This document shows, one piece after another, positions 1 to 7,300 of a stretch of DNA of 64,000 nucleotides. The position numbers were made by a program, and so were the translations under genes. Within the stretch, counting starts at the first letter, position 1; each line of letters begins with the position of its first letter. The DNA is from an uncultured Acidobacteriota bacterium. GTDB lineage: Bacteria; Acidobacteriota; Polarisedimenticolia; Polarisedimenticolales; JAIQFR01. Where the stretch lies: assembly GCA_937864465.1 (NCBI GenBank), contig CALMJU010000082.1:41155-105154 (forward strand), written 5' to 3'. Below the pieces are notes generated by a model, which was given only the letters and a program-made list of their open reading frames with translations, did no database searches and was not told the origin of the DNA.

Positions 1-101
1 TGCTCCAGGCCCGGAAAATCCTCCGGGCCGGCCTCGAGCGGGAATACGGGCATCTGGTCCCGGGATCCGCCAAGGCGGCGGACCCCCAGGAGCGGTCGTG
101 A
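1..101 (+). CDS. Probable ECF sigma-70 family factor, C-terminal fragment (5' end outside window)
   Basis: ORF open at the window edge, codons from nt 3, ending TGA 99-101. The translation LQARKILRAGLEREYGHLVPGSAKAADPQERS looks like a region-4 tail. Its stop overlaps the GTG of the next gene (GTGA), which encodes an anti-sigma-like protein. Too short for a firm call. Confidence 0.4.
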   Translation, partial: LQARKILRAGLEREYGHLVPGSAKAADPQERS

Positions 102-553
102 GCCGCCACCCGGAGATCGAGGGCGCCGCGGGGTGCGGCCCACGGGATCGCGAGACGCTCGATCACGTCCGAAGATGTCCCGAGTGCCTCCGGGCGCTCG
201 CCGGGGAGGAGCCGTCGAGGCTCTTCGCGCTCCTCTCCTCCCGCCCGATCGACCCGGCGATCCTCGACGCGGTGTCGCGGGGCGTGCGCCGGGAGATTTC
301 GTCGGATGCGGCGCCGAGGCGCCCGGCCCGGAGCCGGGGGCTCGCGGTGGCGGCTGCGTGGGCGGCGGCCGCGGCGCTCGCGGGGCTCTTGCTGGTGCCG
401 CCGCGCCCGCCGGCGACGCGGGCATCCGTCGATCGCCCCGGGGGGCGGGCCGAGGTGGCGCTCGTGTCCTCGCCGGGGACGCCGGAGGTCGTGGACCTGT
501 CGGTGGGCGACGTGCAGCTCGTCATGATCTTCGATCGGGAGATGGATCTGTGA
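98..553 (+). CDS. Putative anti-sigma factor (zf-HC2-like motif, single TM helix)
   Basis: 151 aa ORF. It has an N-terminal H-x3-C-x2-C motif (HVRRCPEC) and a central hydrophobic helix (LAVAAAWAAAAALAGLLLV). It is translationally coupled on both sides (GTGA at 98-101 and 550-553). Confidence 0.6.
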   Translation: MSRHPEIEGAAGCGPRDRETLDHVRRCPECLRALAGEEPSRLFALLSSRPIDPAILDAVSRGVRREISSDAAPRRPARSRGLAVAAAWAAAAALAGLLLVPPRPPATRASVDRPGGRAEVALVSSPGTPEVVDLSVGDVQLVMIFDREMDL

Positions 554-1290
554 GCGGCCGGGGGGCGCGGCTTCTCGTCGCCGCCGCGGCGGCGCTCCTC
601 CTGGCGGGGTCGGCGGCCGTCGGGGCCGCGGCCGCGGGGCCGGAGGGGGCGGGGGCGATCCACGTTCGCGCGTACGAGGTCCGTCACCGGCCGCTCCGGG
701 ACGCGGCGGAGATCGTCGAGTCGGTCCTCTCCCCGGAGGGAACGCTGACCTTGAGGCCGAGGCTCCGGACCCTCGTGGTCCAGGACCGCGCCGACGTCCT
801 GGACCGGGTCGGCGAGCTGCTGGCAGGGTTCGACCTGCCTCCCCGGAACGTCGAGGTCACGTTCTCGCTCCTGCTGGGGACCGACCGCGCCGCGCGGGAG
901 CCCGGCCGCGAGCAAGCTCCGGCACCGCTGTCCCGGGAGGTCCGCGGGGTCACCGAGACCCTCGGCGACTTCACCAAGTGGACCTCCTACCAGCTGCTCG
1001 GGAGCCGCTCGGCCACGGGCAGCGAGGGGTCGGAGGTCGAGGCGCTCCTCTCGGAGGAGTACAGGGTTCGCTTCGAGGTCGAGTCGTACGACGAGGCGAG
1101 GGGGATCGTGAGGTTCCGCCGGCTGTCGCTGGAGCGGCTGGTCCCCGGGGAGGGCGGCGCGGCGCGGACGGAGGAGCTCTACACGGCGAGCGTCATCGTC
1201 GAGGCGGGGAAGATGCTGATGCTGGGATCGGCGAAGAGCCCGGGATCGCGCAACGCGCTGTTCCTGGCCCTCCAGGCGAGACCGAGGTAG
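550..1290 (+). CDS. Secretin-N (NolW-like) domain protein with N-terminal signal/TM segment and no secretin barrel
   Basis: GTG at 550 is in frame with track ORF 133..1290. The hydrophobic N-terminus is LLVAAAAALLLAGSAAVGAAAA. The segment IHVRAYEVRHRPLRDAAEIVESVLSPEGTLTLRPRLRTLVVQDRADVLDRVGELLAGFDLPP matches the secretin N-domain pattern (beta-alpha-beta-beta-alpha, ending near the D-x-P motif). Confidence 0.6.
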   Translation: MSGRGARLLVAAAAALLLAGSAAVGAAAAGPEGAGAIHVRAYEVRHRPLRDAAEIVESVLSPEGTLTLRPRLRTLVVQDRADVLDRVGELLAGFDLPPRNVEVTFSLLLGTDRAAREPGREQAPAPLSREVRGVTETLGDFTKWTSYQLLGSRSATGSEGSEVEALLSEEYRVRFEVESYDEARGIVRFRRLSLERLVPGEGGAARTEELYTASVIVEAGKMLMLGSAKSPGSRNALFLALQARPR

Positions 1291-1296
1291 GGGCCG

Positions 1297-2517
1297 ATGG
1301 CCGAATTCTTCTGCCGCGTGGCGGAGCCGACCGGGGAGATCGTCGAGCGCGTGTACAGCGCGGCGGACGAGGCCTCGCTCCGCCGCGACCTCGAGGACAA
1401 GGACCTTCTCGTCCTCGATCTCCGGCGCCGGAGCCGCGCCGTCCAGCTCCTGGCCCAGCTCGTCCGAATCCGCCCCCGGGTTTCGTCGCGGGAGTTCCTG
1501 TTCTTCAACCAGGAGCTCTCGGCGCTCATCCGTGCGGGGCTTCCGATCCTGACGAGCCTCGACATCCTCCTGGAGCGCCGGGGCAACCCGAGCTTCCGGC
1601 GGGCCCTCGCCGACATCCGCGAGCGGGTCAAGTCGGGGGAGATGCTCTCCGAGGCCTTCGCGGCGCAGGGCGACCTGTTCCCGCGGCTGTACGCCTCGAG
1701 CTTGGCCTCGGGCGAGCGCTCGGGCGAGCTGCCGACGGTGCTCAAGCGGTTCATCACCTACACGCAGACGGTCATGGCGGTGCGTCGCAAGGTGATCTCT
1801 GCGCTGATCTACCCGGCGATCCTGCTCTTCCTGTCGGTCGGCCTCGTCGTCCTCATGACCTTCTACATCATCCCGAAGTTCAAGGCGTTCCTCGACGACT
1901 TCGGGACGGAGCTCCCCGCCATCACGAAGGTGCTCATGGGGACGGCCTTCTTCGCCCGAGAGCACTGGCTCGTGCTCGTCGGGGGCGTCGTGGCGGCCTT
2001 CGTGGCCGCGGGGGCGTGGCAGCGGAGCGGGGCGGGCCGGATCGCCCTGGACCGCCTGAAGCTCAGGCTCCCGATCGTCGGGAGGGTGATCCACGACTAC
2101 GCGCAGAATCGCTTCACGAGGACGCTGGGGACGCTTGTGGCGGGAGGGATCCCGCTCGTCACGGCGCTCGAGCTCTCGGCCCGCGCGGTCGGCAACGCCC
2201 TCTTCGAGAGGGAGCTCCTGGCCGTTGCGGTGAAGGTCCGGGAGGGGCAGTCCCTCTGGGAGTCGCTCGAGCGCACGGGGCTGATCAGCGACATCACCGT
2301 CCAGATGATCAAGGTGGGGGAGTCGACGGGCTCCCTCGAGGAGATGCTCGAGAACGCGTCCACGTTCATGGACGAGGAGATCGACTACCGGCTCACCCGC
2401 GTGGTCGCGCTGATCGAGCCTCTGATGCTCGTGTTCATGGCGGTCATCGTCGGCGGGATGCTGCTGGCGATCTACCTCCCCTTGATCCGGACGTACGGCC
2501 AGTCGAGGATGGGCTGA
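1297..2517 (+). CDS. gspF: Type II secretion / type IV pilus platform protein (GspF/PilC family)
   Basis: 406 aa. It shows the duplicated GspF-type cytoplasmic domains and three TM segments, with typical motifs (FNQELSALIRAGLPIL, MIKVGESTGSLEEML). Confidence 0.93.
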   Translation: MAEFFCRVAEPTGEIVERVYSAADEASLRRDLEDKDLLVLDLRRRSRAVQLLAQLVRIRPRVSSREFLFFNQELSALIRAGLPILTSLDILLERRGNPSFRRALADIRERVKSGEMLSEAFAAQGDLFPRLYASSLASGERSGELPTVLKRFITYTQTVMAVRRKVISALIYPAILLFLSVGLVVLMTFYIIPKFKAFLDDFGTELPAITKVLMGTAFFAREHWLVLVGGVVAAFVAAGAWQRSGAGRIALDRLKLRLPIVGRVIHDYAQNRFTRTLGTLVAGGIPLVTALELSARAVGNALFERELLAVAVKVREGQSLWESLERTGLISDITVQMIKVGESTGSLEEMLENASTFMDEEIDYRLTRVVALIEPLMLVFMAVIVGGMLLAIYLPLIRTYGQSRMG

Positions 2518-2545
2518 GGCGGGGCGCCCGGGAGGAGAGCGGGAG

Positions 2546-4198
2546 ATGGCCGAGGAAGCGCGGGCGAAGGACGACAGGGCGGCGCCGCGGGTCGAGGCGG
2601 ACGCCGGCGAGGAGATCCTGTCCGAGGAGGTCCAGGCGCAGAAGCTGGCGGAGCGCCTCGAGATCGAGTACGTCGACCTCGAGCACTTCGCGATCGACCC
2701 GGAGCTGTTCCGCTCGCTGCCGGTCGACCTGATGTTCCGCTACAACTTCGTGCCGCGGCACCGGACCGAGACCGGGCTCACCGTCGTCGTGGCGGATCCC
2801 ACGGACGTCCTGATGATCGACGAGCTCGAGCTCCTCCTCGGATCCCCGATCGAGGTCTGCGTCGGGACGACGACGGCGATCCAGGAGATCCTCAAGAAGA
2901 GCGAGTCGTCGCAGCGGGTGCTCGAGGAGGCGACCGAGGAGTTCCGGATCCAGCTCGTCACCGAGGACGAGGAGACGGGGGAGGAGACCCTCTCCATCGA
3001 CAAGCTGACCTCGGACTCGTCGCCGATCATCAAGCTCGTGGACTCGACGATCTTCAACGCCCTGCAGCGGCGCGCCTCGGACATCCACATCGAGACGCGG
3101 GAGCGGGAGGTCGTGATCAAGTACCGGATCGACGGCGTCCTCTACCAGGCGATGGAGCCGATCGACAAGAAGTTCCACTCGACGATCATCTCGCGGATCA
3201 AGGTCATGTCGGAGCTCGACATCTCGGAGAAGCGCGTGCCGCAGGACGGCCGGTTCAAGCTCCGCGTGAAGGGACGGAACGTCGACTTCCGCGTCTCGAT
3301 CATGCCCAGCGTGCACGGAGAGGACTGCGTGATCCGCATCCTCGACAAGGAGTACACGAGCGAGGCGTTCGCCCACCTCAACCTCGACGTGTGCGGCTTC
3401 GAGGAGCGCGACCTGACGAGGATCCGGCGCTTCATCCGCGAGCCGTACGGGATGGTGCTCGTCACCGGGCCCACCGGCTCCGGAAAGACGACCACGCTCT
3501 ACGCGGCGGTGTCGGAGATCCGCACGGAGGAGGACAAGATCGTCACGATCGAGGACCCGGTCGAGTACCAGCTCCCCGGGATCACGCAGATCCCGGTCAA
3601 CGAGAAGAAGGGGCTGACGTTCGCCCGGGGCCTGCGCTCGATCCTCCGGCACGACCCCGACAAGATCATGGTCGGGGAGATCCGGGACGAGGAGACCGCG
3701 CAGATCGCGATCCAGTCCGCCCTGACGGGGCACCTCGTGTTCACGACGGTCCACGCGAACAACGTCGTGGACGTCGTCGGACGGTTCCTCAACATGAACG
3801 TCGAGCCGTACAACTTCGTCTCCGCGCTCAACTGCATCCTCGCGCAGCGGCTCGTCCGGCTGATCTGCGCGTCGTGCAAGCGTCCGGTGAAGGCGGACCG
3901 GGCGCTGCTGCAGGCCTCGGGGCTCGATCCGGCGCGCTACTCGGACTTCACGTTCCACGAGGGGAAGGGCTGCATCGACTGCAACGGGACCGGCTTCCGC
4001 GGCCGGACGGCGATCGCGGAGCTGCTGGACATGTCGGACCGGATCCGGGAGATGATCCTCCAGCGGAAGCCCGGGTCCGACATCAAGCGGGCGGCCAAGG
4101 AGGAGGGGATGACCTTCCTGCGCGAGGCGGCCCTGGCCAAGGTGTTCGCCGGGAAGACGTCGCTGCAAGAGATCAACAAGGTCACGTTCGTGGAGTGA
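2546..4198 (+). CDS. gspE: Type II secretion ATPase (GspE/PilB family)
   Basis: 550 aa with an N-terminal T2SSE_N-like domain. It carries Walker A GPTGSGKTT, Asp/His boxes and a tetracysteine motif (CASC...CIDC). The RBS GGAGGAGAG lies upstream. Confidence 0.95.
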   Translation: MAEEARAKDDRAAPRVEADAGEEILSEEVQAQKLAERLEIEYVDLEHFAIDPELFRSLPVDLMFRYNFVPRHRTETGLTVVVADPTDVLMIDELELLLGSPIEVCVGTTTAIQEILKKSESSQRVLEEATEEFRIQLVTEDEETGEETLSIDKLTSDSSPIIKLVDSTIFNALQRRASDIHIETREREVVIKYRIDGVLYQAMEPIDKKFHSTIISRIKVMSELDISEKRVPQDGRFKLRVKGRNVDFRVSIMPSVHGEDCVIRILDKEYTSEAFAHLNLDVCGFEERDLTRIRRFIREPYGMVLVTGPTGSGKTTTLYAAVSEIRTEEDKIVTIEDPVEYQLPGITQIPVNEKKGLTFARGLRSILRHDPDKIMVGEIRDEETAQIAIQSALTGHLVFTTVHANNVVDVVGRFLNMNVEPYNFVSALNCILAQRLVRLICASCKRPVKADRALLQASGLDPARYSDFTFHEGKGCIDCNGTGFRGRTAIAELLDMSDRIREMILQRKPGSDIKRAAKEEGMTFLREAALAKVFAGKTSLQEINKVTFVE

Positions 4199-4227
4199 GC
4201 CGGAGGCCTCCAGGAGACGCCGTTGCC

Positions 4228-5244
4228 ATGAACCCCGTTGCTTCCATCCTCGAGCCGCTGCGGCACCTCGACATCGAGCGCTGGGCGGGGCTGCGTCCGG
4301 CGTATCCGCCGGTCGCCGTCGAGTTCGGCCGCGGGGAGATCGTCCTCGCGAGGCTCAGGAGGAAGCGGCGCGCGGCGCCGGTCCTCGAGGCCCACGCCGT
4401 GCGCGGGCTCCCCGCGCAGGAGCCGCCCGGCCCCGCGCCGCACGCCGGTCCGACCCTCTCCGAGACGATCGGTTCGCGGCTGAGGGAGGTCCTCGAGGCG
4501 ACCGGGACCCGTCCGGGGAAGATCGCCCTCGTGCTCCCCGACAACCTGGCGCGCGTCTCCCTGATGAGCTTCCCCGAGCGGCCTCCGAACCGCAAGCACC
4601 TGGAGGAGATGATCCGGTTCAAGCTCCGGCGGGCCGTTCCGTTCCGGCTCGAGGAGGCCCTGCTGTCCTACCAGGTCCTGCCGGGGGACGGGCGCGGCGT
4701 GGACCTCGTCGTGGCGCTGATGCTGCGGTCGGCCGTGGAGCCGTACGAGCGGGCGGCGGAGGCCGCGGGAGCGCGGCCCGGCCTCGTGGATCTCAGCACC
4801 CTGGCCCTGTACAACCTGTGCCGCAGGGAGCTCGGTCGCGCCCGGTCGGGCGGGGAGGACGTCGCGCTCCTGAACTGCGCCGCTGGGTATTTCTCTCTGA
4901 TGATCGTCCGGGGATCGAGGCCCCTCTTCTACCGGTGCAAGTCGTTCGGGAGCGGGGAGGACGAGAGCGGCGCGGGGGCGGGAACTCTTTCGCGCGAGCT
5001 CGTGACCTCGCTGTCGTACTATCAGGAGAAGCTCGGGGGAGCGGGTATCGCCGCGACGATCGTGCGGACGGTCGCGGTGCCGTTCCCGGTCGTGGAGGAT
5101 CTCCTCGGCCGTCTGGGCCTCGGGGCGGTCGTCCCGCTGGATCTCGGGCGCTGTCTCGGGGCGGCGCCGGGGCCCGGGCTCGATCCGGAGGCGGCGCAGA
5201 GGATCGCGCCGGCCGTGGGCGCGGCGGTGGGCAGGGGCCTGTGA
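4228..5244 (+). CDS. pilM: PilM-like actin-fold pilus/T2SS assembly protein
   Basis: ATG at 4228 is in frame with track ORF 3391..5244. The sequence (ALVLPDNLARVSLMSFP...MIRFKLRRAVPF...ALYNLC) fits PilM/GspL-cytoplasmic-type proteins. Its position directly upstream of PilN/O-like genes supports the call. Confidence 0.75.
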   Translation: MNPVASILEPLRHLDIERWAGLRPAYPPVAVEFGRGEIVLARLRRKRRAAPVLEAHAVRGLPAQEPPGPAPHAGPTLSETIGSRLREVLEATGTRPGKIALVLPDNLARVSLMSFPERPPNRKHLEEMIRFKLRRAVPFRLEEALLSYQVLPGDGRGVDLVVALMLRSAVEPYERAAEAAGARPGLVDLSTLALYNLCRRELGRARSGGEDVALLNCAAGYFSLMIVRGSRPLFYRCKSFGSGEDESGAGAGTLSRELVTSLSYYQEKLGGAGIAATIVRTVAVPFPVVEDLLGRLGLGAVVPLDLGRCLGAAPGPGLDPEAAQRIAPAVGAAVGRGL

Positions 5245-6029
5245 TGCAAATCCTCGACCTGAACCTCGCCTCCCGGCCGTTCCGCAACAACACCATGCTG
5301 TGGCTCGGGCACGGCGTCGCGGTCCTGCTCCTCGTGGGGTTCTCGGCCTGGAATGCGCGGAGCTTCGTCTCCGAGGGGCGCCGCTACCGAGAGGCGAGGA
5401 ACGGCCTGCAGGGCGTGGAGCGGCGCCTTCAGGATCTCGACGAGCGGGAGCGGCGCGCCTCGGAGAGGACGGGGCGATTCGACCGGCGGGATCTCGAGGC
5501 GAGCACGGCGACGGCGAATGCGTTCATCGTGCGGAAGGCGCTCTCCTGGACCCGCTTGTTCAACCTGCTCGAGGCGGTCGTCCCGCCCGAGGTCCGGATG
5601 ACGGAGATCCGGCCGATCTTCCAGACGCAGCAGGGGGACGACGGGGCGCGGATCGCCGAGCGGGTCCCGATCGGCGTCGAGGGGAGAGCCCGCAGCCTCG
5701 AGGCGTTCCTGGAGCTCGAGCGGGCCCTGATCACGGACCGGCACTTCTCGCAGATCGAGCCCGAGAAGAGCGACGTGATCGAGGGCGGCGAGGTGCAGTT
5801 CGACGTACGTTTCCTCTACTTTCCCGAGGGGAAGCCCGTCGAAGGGGACGTGGTGGACCTTCCGCACGTCCTCGAGGCGGCGGCGGAGGAGGCCGCGAGT
5901 CCCCGTGATCTCGAGGCGCTCGAGCGCTCCAAGCAGGCGCTGCCCTCCCCGCAGCCTTCCGGCGCCTCGGCGCCGGAGGCGCCGCGGGGCCGGGCGACGC
6001 CGATCGCGCAACCGCGGAGGCCCCGATGA
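5244..6029 (+). CDS. pilN: PilN-like bitopic assembly protein
   Basis: ATG 5244 overlaps the pilM stop (TGATG). The N-terminus MQILDLNLASRPFRNN is followed by a TM helix and a coiled-coil. The C-terminus is Pro/Ala-rich. Confidence 0.7.
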   Translation: MQILDLNLASRPFRNNTMLWLGHGVAVLLLVGFSAWNARSFVSEGRRYREARNGLQGVERRLQDLDERERRASERTGRFDRRDLEASTATANAFIVRKALSWTRLFNLLEAVVPPEVRMTEIRPIFQTQQGDDGARIAERVPIGVEGRARSLEAFLELERALITDRHFSQIEPEKSDVIEGGEVQFDVRFLYFPEGKPVEGDVVDLPHVLEAAAEEAASPRDLEALERSKQALPSPQPSGASAPEAPRGRATPIAQPRRPR

Positions 6030-6646
6030 GCCGGCCGGGGAAGCTCCGGTTCGACGTCCGGCAGGCGGGCCGCTTCCTGCTGACGGCGTATCTCGCGGCG
6101 CTCGCCGCGAACGTGCTCGTGTACGTGGTGCTGGTCCGTCCTCGGGGGCAGGCGCTGCGGGAGATGCTGGACGAGGGCGGCACGGGGCAGGCGCGCGTCG
6201 AGGCGCGCGAGGCGGAGGTCGTCGCGAGGGAGACGTACGTCGCGGCGCTCGAAAAGGCGACCGAGGACCTGGAGACGCTGCGGACCGGCGTCCTGTCGAC
6301 GCGAGAGCGGCGGATGATCGAGGTCCAGCTCGAGCTGGCGCGCATCGCGAAGCAGTTCGGGATCAACCTGCAGCGGGTGAAGTACGAGAACGAGATCCTC
6401 GAGGACGGGGCGATCGAGCGCTTCGCGATGGTCGTGCCGCTCGAGGGCGGATACGCGAGCCTGCGGAAGTTCCTCCGGGCCGTGGAGGACTCGGACAAGT
6501 TCCTGGTCATCGAGCAGGTAGGGCTCGCGACGGCGCGCGACGGGGGCGCGCTGATCGAGCTGAACATCACGCTCGCGACCTACTTCGCGGACGAGTGGCT
6601 CCTCGGCGCTCCCGGGGCGGGACGCCGCGGATCGAGGAGGGCGTGA
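6026..6646 (+). CDS. pilO: PilO/GspM-like bitopic assembly protein
   Basis: 206 aa, joined to pilN by an ATGA overlap. It has a TM helix, a coiled-coil and a ferredoxin-like C-terminal region (FAMVVPLEGGYASLRKFLRAVEDSDKFLVIEQVGL), typical of PilO. Confidence 0.7.
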   Translation: MSRPGKLRFDVRQAGRFLLTAYLAALAANVLVYVVLVRPRGQALREMLDEGGTGQARVEAREAEVVARETYVAALEKATEDLETLRTGVLSTRERRMIEVQLELARIAKQFGINLQRVKYENEILEDGAIERFAMVVPLEGGYASLRKFLRAVEDSDKFLVIEQVGLATARDGGALIELNITLATYFADEWLLGAPGAGRRGSRRA

Positions 6647-7278
6647 TGGCCCGCAGGCTCTCGGTGCGCGAGGGAATCCTCCTCGGCCTCCTCGCGGCCG
6701 CGGGCGTCGGGTACGTCTGGTACGAGGCGAGGTCCACCGGCCCGGCTCGTCCCGGGAGGCGCGCCGGCGCCTCCAAGAAGGCGGGCGATCCGCTTCCGGA
6801 CCCGCCGAGGGTCCGGATGGACCTTCTGGCGGGCCGCGCGGAGAGCTACGACGGCGCAGGGAGGGACCTCTTCCAGTACTCGCAGCGCCCGCCGTCGGCG
6901 GCGGAGGTGCGGCGGCTTCGCGAGGAGGCGGAGCGCCGGCGGAAGGAGCTGGAGGAGGCGCAGCGGAGAGCCGCGGAGGAGGCGGAGCGCCGGCGCAAGG
7001 AGCAGGAGGAGGCGGCGAAGGTCGCGGTCCTCCACCCCGCGCCGCCCCCGCCGCCCCAGCCGCCGGCGATCACGCTGCGATATCTCGGATACCTCGGCCC
7101 CAAGGACGACCGGATCGTGATCCTCGAGGACGGGAAGGAGATGATCCTGGCCCGGAAGGGCGACGTCGTGAAGGGGCAGTTCCGAGTGGTCGACGTAAAG
7201 TGGGAGAGCGTCGTGATGGGATTCGTGCGGCCGGAGTTCAAGGGCCTGACCCGCGAACTGACGATGGGGCGCAAGTGA
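6646..7278 (+). CDS. PilP/GspC-like periplasmic protein (TM, charged coiled-coil, Pro-rich linker, small beta domain)
   Basis: ATG 6646 overlaps the pilO stop and is in frame with track ORF 5905..7278. The C-terminal segment ITLRYLGYLGPKDDRIVILEDGKEMILARKGDVVKGQFRVVDV resembles the PilP/GspC HR beta domain. Confidence 0.55.
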   Translation: MARRLSVREGILLGLLAAAGVGYVWYEARSTGPARPGRRAGASKKAGDPLPDPPRVRMDLLAGRAESYDGAGRDLFQYSQRPPSAAEVRRLREEAERRRKELEEAQRRAAEEAERRRKEQEEAAKVAVLHPAPPPPPQPPAITLRYLGYLGPKDDRIVILEDGKEMILARKGDVVKGQFRVVDVKWESVVMGFVRPEFKGLTRELTMGRK

Positions 7279-7300
7279 GACGGGCGCCGGGGGACCTGGC

